The notes below the pieces were generated by a model that was given only the letters and a program-made list of their open reading frames with translations, was not told the origin of the DNA and made no database searches. This document shows positions 43,858 through 50,560 of a stretch of DNA of 50,560 bases, one piece after another; the first letter of the stretch is position 1; each line of letters opens with the position of its first letter. The DNA comes from a virus (lineage: Duplodnaviria; Caudoviricetes), in IMG/VR virus record IMGVR_UViG_3300021519_000015, positions 1 through 50,560 of that record, one strand, 5' to 3'. Made by a program: the position numbers and the translations under genes.

Positions 43858-44772
43858 ATGATTGATTCCCATCTCCATTTTTCGGGCTGTTTAAGCCCGT
43901 CCTGCGCGGCGGAGTTAGCTAGTGTGTCACTGGCCGAAGCCGAGGCACAGCTGGTTCCAACGGACGATGCTCATAAAACCCTGCTCAGCCTGATCTCCAG
44001 GTTTGACCTGCTAGATCGCGTGGTGTGGGATGAGAGCAAGCTAGCCGCCGCCATTGCCTCCGTGCGCGAGCAAACCGAGGACTTGCATGGGTGCTGGATG
44101 CGGGTGTCGGTAGATAAGTACGCCCATTCTGGTATGATGCCGTCCGAAGTGCTTAGCCAGATTGCGGACGGGCTGCCAAACGCCCGGATTGTGCTAGCCT
44201 TCCGATACGAGCAACCGGAGTGGCGGCTTGGTTTGCTCAACCACCCCGCAGTACACGGGTTAGACTTCGTAGGCAACGAACACAAATTCTGCGCACCATC
44301 CGTCTGTGACGCGGCGCGCACGGCGGTTAATAAAGGCGTTGTGGTTTTTGCGCATGTTGGTGAGACGCTGACGCAAGAAGACACACTCTGGCGCATTCGC
44401 ATGCTTGCCTCTGCCGGGGTGCGCAATATCTGCCACGGCGTGCGTGCCTTCGCACCACCGGAACACGGGCAGGCAACTACTGCGTACTGGGATAGTGTGT
44501 TGGAGGTCATGGACGCCATGCGTGATACCGGCAGTTGGTTCCATATGGCTCCAAGCAGCAACTACTGGACTGGCGCTTGGGGCGACCCAAACCGCCACCC
44601 GGCGGGATGGATGGCCGATAATGACATGTTGGTTACGGTTGGTGCAGATGATCCGGTGCAATGTCGATGCACGCTGAGAGATGAGTTGGCGAGGTTTGGC
44701 GAACTCACCGTCGCGCGACTCATTGAGAATGCCCGCAGGCACTGGCAGGAGTTTGCTGGCGGTAAGAAGTAA
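43858..44772 (+). CDS. Adenosine/AMP deaminase family protein
   Basis: DSHLHFSG, GLDFVGNE, HVGE, ICHG, PSSN, VTVGADDP. Confidence 0.88.
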   Translation: MIDSHLHFSGCLSPSCAAELASVSLAEAEAQLVPTDDAHKTLLSLISRFDLLDRVVWDESKLAAAIASVREQTEDLHGCWMRVSVDKYAHSGMMPSEVLSQIADGLPNARIVLAFRYEQPEWRLGLLNHPAVHGLDFVGNEHKFCAPSVCDAARTAVNKGVVVFAHVGETLTQEDTLWRIRMLASAGVRNICHGVRAFAPPEHGQATTAYWDSVLEVMDAMRDTGSWFHMAPSSNYWTGAWGDPNRHPAGWMADNDMLVTVGADDPVQCRCTLRDELARFGELTVARLIENARRHWQEFAGGKK

Positions 44773-44780
44773 TTATCGGC

Positions 44781-45554
44781 ATGCCAGTTGCTCCGCTCAA
44801 CCTCGATACTACCCTTCCGGATACAGACACGTCCAGGGCAGCGAACACCGCCGCCATCGTTCGCTGGCTAACTGCCGCCGACCCACGCACGCTGGAAGCC
44901 ATTAGCCGCGTCTTTGGTGATCTTGGTTGGCGGTCGCAGATAATTGAGCAGAAGATCAATGAGCTCATTGCTGCAGCAGAGCTCACGCATGACCTTACCG
45001 GGTATACGCTTACTGACGGCACCAAGCCATTTAGTGGCGTCATCAGTGGTGTGGAAGGCGCAGCCGGTGCCAATCTGACGACGCGAGCCGGTGCTGCCGC
45101 GATCGCCGCTGCCCTTATTGGTGACTTGTCTTCTACCATCGACGATGTGGAGGTGCGTGTCACCGCCCTTGAGGCATTGCCAATCGTTCGGTATAGTAAC
45201 TGGGTTGAGCACACATGGACCGCCGGGGTGAAGCATTACCTTGACCTCCCGCTGACTGAATCGGTCGGCAGCCTGGATCGCATCATTTCCATCCAGCTTA
45301 CGGAGAAGCTAGATACCTCGGTCCCCACCATAATGGTGCCGTCACCGACGTCTATATGGCGTTATCGCCCGGCTATGGTTGGCTCCAGTCGCGGAGCCGC
45401 CGTGGACGATGCGTGGATGCCCAGCGTTGGCGTTGTGCGCATCTTACTGCCATCTACATCCTCCTACGCCTCCGGCTACGAGGTTGGGGCAGCGTATGAC
45501 CTGCCCGGTGCTCGGCAGCGGTTCTATCGAGCTGCCGTTACCGAGCACCAATGA
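44781..45554 (+). CDS. Putative virion structural protein
   Basis: 257 aa, Ala/Thr-rich; preceded by TAATTATC; within the baseplate/fibre cluster. Confidence 0.55.
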   Translation: MPVAPLNLDTTLPDTDTSRAANTAAIVRWLTAADPRTLEAISRVFGDLGWRSQIIEQKINELIAAAELTHDLTGYTLTDGTKPFSGVISGVEGAAGANLTTRAGAAAIAAALIGDLSSTIDDVEVRVTALEALPIVRYSNWVEHTWTAGVKHYLDLPLTESVGSLDRIISIQLTEKLDTSVPTIMVPSPTSIWRYRPAMVGSSRGAAVDDAWMPSVGVVRILLPSTSSYASGYEVGAAYDLPGARQRFYRAAVTEHQ

Positions 45555-45913
45555 TCATGCAACCGGCAACGTTCATTCAAATGTGCGAATCATTGACGCG
45601 AGTGTACCGGGGAGGACCACCGGGGCATTACTGGACAACCGACCCGGCGCTCGCGGCATCCATGGGAAAGGTGACCGAGCAACAACGGAAAGTGCGTCCC
45701 GTCGATCTTGCAGACGTACCATCTCCGCAGTTTGACGAGACTGGAGCACTTACATCACTCGCTCGCGCCTTTATTCAGTCCAGCGGAGCGAACGCCATGC
45801 GGTGGCCAGCTTCGCGCATGAGCTGGTACCAGAAAGGCGAACAGCCGCTTAAGTTATGTCGCGGCGCGGCAGACGAATGGATTATTTACTTTATTGATGC
45901 GGAGGAAAAGTAA
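45551..45913 (+). CDS. Small ART-fold-like protein with shared leader
   Basis: MQPATFIQMCE; VYRG....G.YWTTDP.LA. Confidence 0.5.
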   Translation: MIMQPATFIQMCESLTRVYRGGPPGHYWTTDPALAASMGKVTEQQRKVRPVDLADVPSPQFDETGALTSLARAFIQSSGANAMRWPASRMSWYQKGEQPLKLCRGAADEWIIYFIDAEEK

Positions 45914-47079
45914 TGGACAACGCTCCAGAGCAGAGTCCGGAGCACTGGCTGCGCGACCCGCAGAAGCACCTATATTACGGCCTGTACAAGGGTATCGTAG
46001 AGCAACGCACGGATGCTACGCGCCGTGGACGCCTGCGTGTCCGGGTGGTAGGCATTCACGGCGACGAGGTGTCGGTTGATAACCTCCCGTGGGCACTTCC
46101 TAAAACCTCATCGTGGAAGCAGGGTGGGTTGTTCGCTATTCCACCGCTGGACGCGACAGTGTGGGTGGAATTCGAAGCCGGTGACCCGGAATACCCTGTC
46201 TGGAGCGGAGGCTGGTGGGGTACCGATGAAACTGTGCGCGGCACTGGCAAGAAGCCGAACTGGTTCGGTGGCGAGAAACGCACCAGCAGCACCGACAGCC
46301 TCCGCCTCGACAAGAATGTTAACCCGGATGATGCGCCAAACTGCTTCGGCATCGTCACGCCTATTCAAAAGCACATGCTGTTGGATGATCGCAAGGGGTT
46401 GGAGCGCATCCGCATTGGCGACCAGTTCGAAAACACGACGTGGCTGAACAGTGAGGTCGGCGTGCTTACCCTGGAAACGCTGCTGGGCGTCCGAATCAAT
46501 GATTCTAAGCCACGCGGCCTCACAATTAGCCGCCGGGACGAACAGGTGCAGATTTACACGCATTACGGGTGGCGGTTAACATTTGATGATAAACAAATGG
46601 TATTCGAGGTGGCTGCTCCTAGTGGAGCCAAGTTTCGCATATCAGATGCCTCTGGAGCACGAGCGATCCAAGCATGGACGGCAGCTGGGCACTATGCATC
46701 TCTGAATGATGCAACCCAGCAGGTAGATGTTGCCACGTACGGTGGTCAACGCCTGCTGCTGGATCAAGCGGCGCAGGTGGTTCACTTAACTGATGGGTCG
46801 TCAATGCTGCATATGGAGCCACAGCACGTTATTTTGGACGTGGTCGGAAAGCTTGATATTCGCGTCACCGGCATCCTTGACATTATAGCCGGAGGCAAGG
46901 GACGATTCGAGGGTGCCCAACTTCACTGGAACAGCGAGGCTACGGCAGTAACCAATGCGGGCGCTACTGGCAGCGGTCCGGCCAATCCGCAACGGCTTCC
47001 GGCTACAGTAAAGGCATGGGAAGCCAGCAAACTGGCCGGTGGAGATGACAAGTCCACTGCCACCCCGGTATCAACGTAA
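45913..47079 (+). CDS. Baseplate central spike, gp5/VgrG-like
   Basis: Y.GIV....D....GRLRVRV.GIHG, LPWA.P, IPP..A.VWVEFEAGDP.YPVW.G OB-fold; beta-helix-like repeats. Confidence 0.9.
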   Translation: MDNAPEQSPEHWLRDPQKHLYYGLYKGIVEQRTDATRRGRLRVRVVGIHGDEVSVDNLPWALPKTSSWKQGGLFAIPPLDATVWVEFEAGDPEYPVWSGGWWGTDETVRGTGKKPNWFGGEKRTSSTDSLRLDKNVNPDDAPNCFGIVTPIQKHMLLDDRKGLERIRIGDQFENTTWLNSEVGVLTLETLLGVRINDSKPRGLTISRRDEQVQIYTHYGWRLTFDDKQMVFEVAAPSGAKFRISDASGARAIQAWTAAGHYASLNDATQQVDVATYGGQRLLLDQAAQVVHLTDGSSMLHMEPQHVILDVVGKLDIRVTGILDIIAGGKGRFEGAQLHWNSEATAVTNAGATGSGPANPQRLPATVKAWEASKLAGGDDKSTATPVST

Positions 47080-47108
47080 TCGACAGGTGTTCGAGCGTTC
47101 TTACTGCA

Positions 47109-47471
47109 ATGTTTAGCCGTTCCGCCGTTGCAGACCTTCCACATTCTGAGTGTCGACGCGGATACTTCAAACCGTTCGTTACCCATCTGCGGGCGAGTGG
47201 GTTTACGGTCCAGCAGGCGAATGATGCAGTCCGGGGCGTTATGGAAGTTCTGCAGAGTTGTCTGATGCAGCACGGGGAGCCAGTGGACCTTGGGTTCATG
47301 AAGCTGGTGGCAAAGCGCAAGTCACCACAGGCCATCCGGTATAACCTGCAGAAGAAACGCCTCCCCAAGGAGGAGGTGCCGATTCACATTGTCGGTGAAC
47401 GATACGTCTGGCGGGTCCACTTCCACAAGTCGTGGCTCGACAAGCACCGCCCCGATTGGCGTATGGTCTGA
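47109..47471 (+). CDS. HU/IHF-like DNA-binding protein
   Basis: A.DAV..V.E.L...L..GE.V.LGF.KL..K.K......N......I...R....V.F.KS. Confidence 0.6.
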   Translation: MFSRSAVADLPHSECRRGYFKPFVTHLRASGFTVQQANDAVRGVMEVLQSCLMQHGEPVDLGFMKLVAKRKSPQAIRYNLQKKRLPKEEVPIHIVGERYVWRVHFHKSWLDKHRPDWRMV

Positions 47472-47486
47472 AACTAAGTATTACAC

Positions 47487-48386
47487 ATGCCAGCAACACG
47501 AGACTCATTGACAACGGCAGGAGCCACCGCATTGATCCGCACATTTATCGGACAGACCACGGCGCTGCCAACTTATGGGGGTAATGGCGGCACCAATGTG
47601 CCGGAAGGTACCGACATTCAGGCTGCAGCTACAGAAATCCTGCATCTGCTCCAGGCCGGAATCGGCACCATTGAGGCGTATGCCACGGTCACCGTGCCGT
47701 ACGGGCGTCTGAAGTGCAACGGTGCTGCGATTAGTCGAACCACCTATGCGGCGTTGTTCGCCAAGCTGGCCCGGTCATCCAGCGCTACGATCACTGTCGC
47801 CACCCCCGGCGTTGTAACGTGGACGGCCCATGGGCTCCTCGCCAATGATCCGGTGATATTCCGCACATCCGGCACGCTTCCAACCGGCATCACTGCCGGA
47901 ACCGTATACTACGTCAAAACCGTGCTGTCGGCAAATACGTATACCATTTCAGCAACCGCTGGCGGATCAGCCATTAATACGACCGGTAGCGCGGGCACCG
48001 GACACACTGGATGGTACGCCCCATTTGGTGATGGTGACGGGTCAACCACCTTTAACGTGCCAGACATGCGGGGCGAGTTTATGCGTGGGTGGGCAGACAA
48101 CGCCAGCGTCGACACCGGGAGGACGTTTGGTAGCGCGCAGGGATATGCAACGGAGACGCCTGTCAACACAAACAGCTCGCCGATCCTGCGCGGGATATTT
48201 ACATCCACCGGGTATACCAACAACTTCAGCACGGACGGCACGGACGCCATCTGGGGTATTCAGGAACAGGTGCCATTTGGCAGTTTTGGTGACGGCGTAA
48301 CCACAGCGGTATCGCGTGGTACCCAGACATGGGCAAGCGAAACCCGCCCGCGCAACAAGGCAATGATGTTCTGCATCCGCTACTAA
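47487..48386 (+). CDS. Tail fibre protein with collar domain
   Basis: G.LKCNGAAISRTTYAALFA...FG.GDGSTTFNVPDMRGEFMRGW, GR.FGS.Q, ETRPRNKAM.FCIRY. Confidence 0.92.
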   Translation: MPATRDSLTTAGATALIRTFIGQTTALPTYGGNGGTNVPEGTDIQAAATEILHLLQAGIGTIEAYATVTVPYGRLKCNGAAISRTTYAALFAKLARSSSATITVATPGVVTWTAHGLLANDPVIFRTSGTLPTGITAGTVYYVKTVLSANTYTISATAGGSAINTTGSAGTGHTGWYAPFGDGDGSTTFNVPDMRGEFMRGWADNASVDTGRTFGSAQGYATETPVNTNSSPILRGIFTSTGYTNNFSTDGTDAIWGIQEQVPFGSFGDGVTTAVSRGTQTWASETRPRNKAMMFCIRY

Positions 48387-48387
48387 T

Positions 48388-48786
48388 ATGAGAAAACCAG
48401 CGTACAGCTTTTCACCGGACACTGGAGCGTTTACCGGGCAGACCATGGCAGATGAGTCACCGCTTGAACCAGGCGTGTTTCACCTGCCAGCGCATGCTAC
48501 CTTTGACGCCCCGCCGGACGCAGGCGACGCCGCCGTCCCGGTGTGGACGGGCAGCACCTGGGAGCTCCGCCAGTCTGCAGATGTTACCCCTGCGCCCAAG
48601 AAGCCAGAGCCAACATGGGATACGGTCAGAGCGCGTCGCAACATGCTGCTCAGCGCATCTGATTGGACGCAGCTTCCGGACAGTTCTGCAGACCAGCAGG
48701 CGTGGGCGGCGTACCGGAAGGCACTGCGAGACATTACAAAGGGCGAGTTTGCAAATAAGGTCAAGTGGCCGACCCAGCCGCTTTAA
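48388..48786 (+). CDS. Tail fibre assembly chaperone
   Basis: ADESPLEPGV..LPAHAT..APP; RA.RN.LL.ASDWTQLPD...WA.YR.ALRDIT...WP..P. Confidence 0.9.
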   Translation: MRKPAYSFSPDTGAFTGQTMADESPLEPGVFHLPAHATFDAPPDAGDAAVPVWTGSTWELRQSADVTPAPKKPEPTWDTVRARRNMLLSASDWTQLPDSSADQQAWAAYRKALRDITKGEFANKVKWPTQPL

Positions 48787-49462
48787 GCTTCTTCGCCTGC
48801 TTGCGCAGCTTCCACTGATCGTTCCAGCGGAGCTTGGTTAGCTCGTGAGATGTGTCGAGCAGCTCCACCGGGTCCAGCGACTTCACCTGCCCGAGCACGG
48901 AGGATGACAGGTCCAATAAGGCAAGTGCATCGCACTGGTTATCATTCCAGTTCCATGGCTCGTTCTTGGTCCACGCATGCGGCAGGAACTCCTGCTCCGG
49001 AAACCGCTGGCGAACCTGCTCAATAACCATAGCCTTGCTTTCCTTGCTAAGCGTTCCGTCACCGGTAGCAAATTTCTTGATGGTGGCTGGTGCGAAAGAA
49101 ACTACGGGAATGCCGCGTTCACTAGCTATCATGAGCAGGATGGCCTCCAGCCCCTTCTGCACCAATGACACCTTCCCACCGGCAGAACTACCTCCCACGA
49201 CAGCCTCATACGCAATGACGCAACGTGCTCCGAGCAGATCGGATACCTGATCGTTCAGCCAGCTATGGAACATTGCGAACCTGCGTCCCGGATGATCCGC
49301 GTGCATGGTTTTGGTGGCCTTGGTGCGGATGGAGAAGTCTGCCGCCCCGGAAGTGACCGACGCCAGCCGCTTGATAGCCCACCCGGTGTGAGTAGCTGTG
49401 TCGAGGGCTATTAGAACCTCTGGATGAATGCTGCCGTTCCTTATGTCTGTTGTCGATGTCAT
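48761..49462 (-). CDS. RuvC-like Holliday junction resolvase
   Basis: LIALD....TGWA, IAYE, P.TIKKFATG.G...K, DNQCDALALL. Confidence 0.8.
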   Translation of the reverse strand: MTSTTDIRNGSIHPEVLIALDTATHTGWAIKRLASVTSGAADFSIRTKATKTMHADHPGRRFAMFHSWLNDQVSDLLGARCVIAYEAVVGGSSAGGKVSLVQKGLEAILLMIASERGIPVVSFAPATIKKFATGDGTLSKESKAMVIEQVRQRFPEQEFLPHAWTKNEPWNWNDNQCDALALLDLSSSVLGQVKSLDPVELLDTSHELTKLRWNDQWKLRKQAKKLKAAGSAT

Positions 49463-49496
49463 CCTTCAGGAACACCAGATCCTGCGGGTAACCTTT

Positions 49497-50560
49497 ATGC
49501 ATATTACCGGAAGTACGCCATCTTCACCCATCGAGGACGTCCCAGACGTGCCGGAACAGTCTGTTGCCGACATTGACGCTGCCAAAAAGAAGAAACACCA
49601 CATCTTTGATAATGATTACGTGTCCACACTGTGCAGGCACTACCAGCAGCACCAGACTGCAAAAACGTACCAGCGCATCATTGAACACACCAGTAATCTG
49701 ATCGACACGGTTATTCGGGCGCACAAATTTCATCTGTCCGCACCGTTTGCTGATATTCGGAACAACATGTTCCTGCACTTCAAGGGGTGGGTCATGAACT
49801 GGGACCCATCACCGGGGGCCAAACCGTTGTACTCGTACGTAAGTGCATGTTGTAGAAATGCGGCCCTGTCGTACATTACCGCCGAGAAGCGAGTGTCAGA
49901 TCGTATCCTTTACGAGCATGCGCACCAGACGCCGCTGGATGCGTTCGACGGGTGCCACTACAACGAGCGGTTTGATAAGGAGACAAAGGAGGAGATTCGC
50001 AAGCAGGTTGGTGCGCTCGAAGCCAGGTGGAAGGAGCCGATCATCATTGAGATCATCCGTTATTGCGTCGGCCTCATACTGCGTGGTCGAGCCAATGATA
50101 AGCGCCAACAGGTGCTACGCACCATCGTCACGGCGTATCCGGTCAAGGTAGATGATGCACGGTTCCTGCTAGACTGGTCCCTCGGCGCGGTCCGGCAGTG
50201 CGTGATCAACCACTACGACAGTCCGCTCGGGGAAGCCGACGTTCTCCGGGCAGCGTACAAGTTCAGCTTCCTGCCGGACATCGTCAACACCATTGGCATT
50301 GCTGCAACGCAGAAGCTCATGGCCGTACTGGCTGGAATTACGGTGAAGTTCCCATCGCCGACGCAGGTTCGACAGATTTCCACCATCAGGCTCATTCATG
50401 AGCACATGAAGGAGGATGTCACACCAAACGGGCTGGTAGACCTGTCTCGGCGGCTCAAAATTCCTGTAGCACGTGTGCAGGAAATTTACGATGACACCTG
50501 TGCCAACCAGCACGCCGGGGTACTGGAGGATCGCCCGGTGTATCCGGACGGGGTCGCACC
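49497..50560 (+). CDS. Phage sigma factor (gp55-like region 2) with Mor-like C-terminal domain (partial, runs off right edge)
   Basis: Not in the ORF track. Manual translation is open for 354 codons: KKHHIFDN...NWDPSPGAKPLYSYVSACCRNAALSYITAEKR...IGIAATQKLMAVLAGITVKFPS...LSRRLKIPVARVQEI. Confidence 0.65.
   Translation, partial: MHITGSTPSSPIEDVPDVPEQSVADIDAAKKKKHHIFDNDYVSTLCRHYQQHQTAKTYQRIIEHTSNLIDTVIRAHKFHLSAPFADIRNNMFLHFKGWVMNWDPSPGAKPLYSYVSACCRNAALSYITAEKRVSDRILYEHAHQTPLDAFDGCHYNERFDKETKEEIRKQVGALEARWKEPIIIEIIRYCVGLILRGRANDKRQQVLRTIVTAYPVKVDDARFLLDWSLGAVRQCVINHYDSPLGEADVLRAAYKFSFLPDIVNTIGIAATQKLMAVLAGITVKFPSPTQVRQISTIRLIHEHMKEDVTPNGLVDLSRRLKIPVARVQEIYDDTCANQHAGVLEDRPVYPDGVA

Noticed and set aside
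47487-48786. Diversity-generating retroelement or invertible tail-fibre cassette
   Set aside because: No reverse transcriptase, invertase or template/variable repeat pair in the window.
1-50560. CRISPR array, tRNA or rRNA genes
   Set aside because: No regularly spaced 25-45 bp repeats with unique spacers, and no cloverleaf or T-arm signature seen by eye. The tandem repeats are spacerless and in-frame.
1-50560. Stop-codon reassignment (alternative genetic code)
   Set aside because: Core genes are full length under the standard code and end at TAA, TGA and TAG.

Overview
This is a 50.6 kb, gene-dense, GC-rich segment of a large myovirus/jumbo-phage-like genome. Replication/recombination genes are interleaved with T4-like virion genes on both strands. 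Replication and repair genes include NAD-dependent ligase, a minimal ATP-ligase domain, a UDG-fused family A DNA polymerase, SF2 and DinG helicases, a gp32-like SSB, RecA/UvsX, a UvsY-like protein and a RuvC-like resolvase. Virion genes include gp13/gp14-like neck proteins, a tape-measure-like protein, gp26/gp51-like baseplate hub proteins, a gp5/VgrG-like spike, and a tail fibre with its chaperone. There are also four DNA methyltransferases, host-modulation candidates (alarmone-hydrolase-like HD, adenosine deaminase, SWIB, HU-like) and a partial gp55-like sigma factor. The most notable hidden structures are: (1) at least seven unrelated small proteins (ADP-ribosyltransferase-like, GNAT-like, DMP19-like, ParB plus peptidase) share an N-terminal leader M-x-P-x-x-F-x-x-L-x-E, resembling a capsid-targeting/prohead-protease signal for an injected effector set; (2) thirteen sigma70-type promoters, eleven positioned to make leaderless mRNAs; (3) a second AT-rich motif before virion/leader genes, a candidate late promoter; (4) several intergenic structured-RNA candidates; (5) a possible +1 frameshift joining the gp26-like and gp51-like ORFs. 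All family calls come from motif recognition by eye; no database searches were run. No tRNA, rRNA or CRISPR array was seen.
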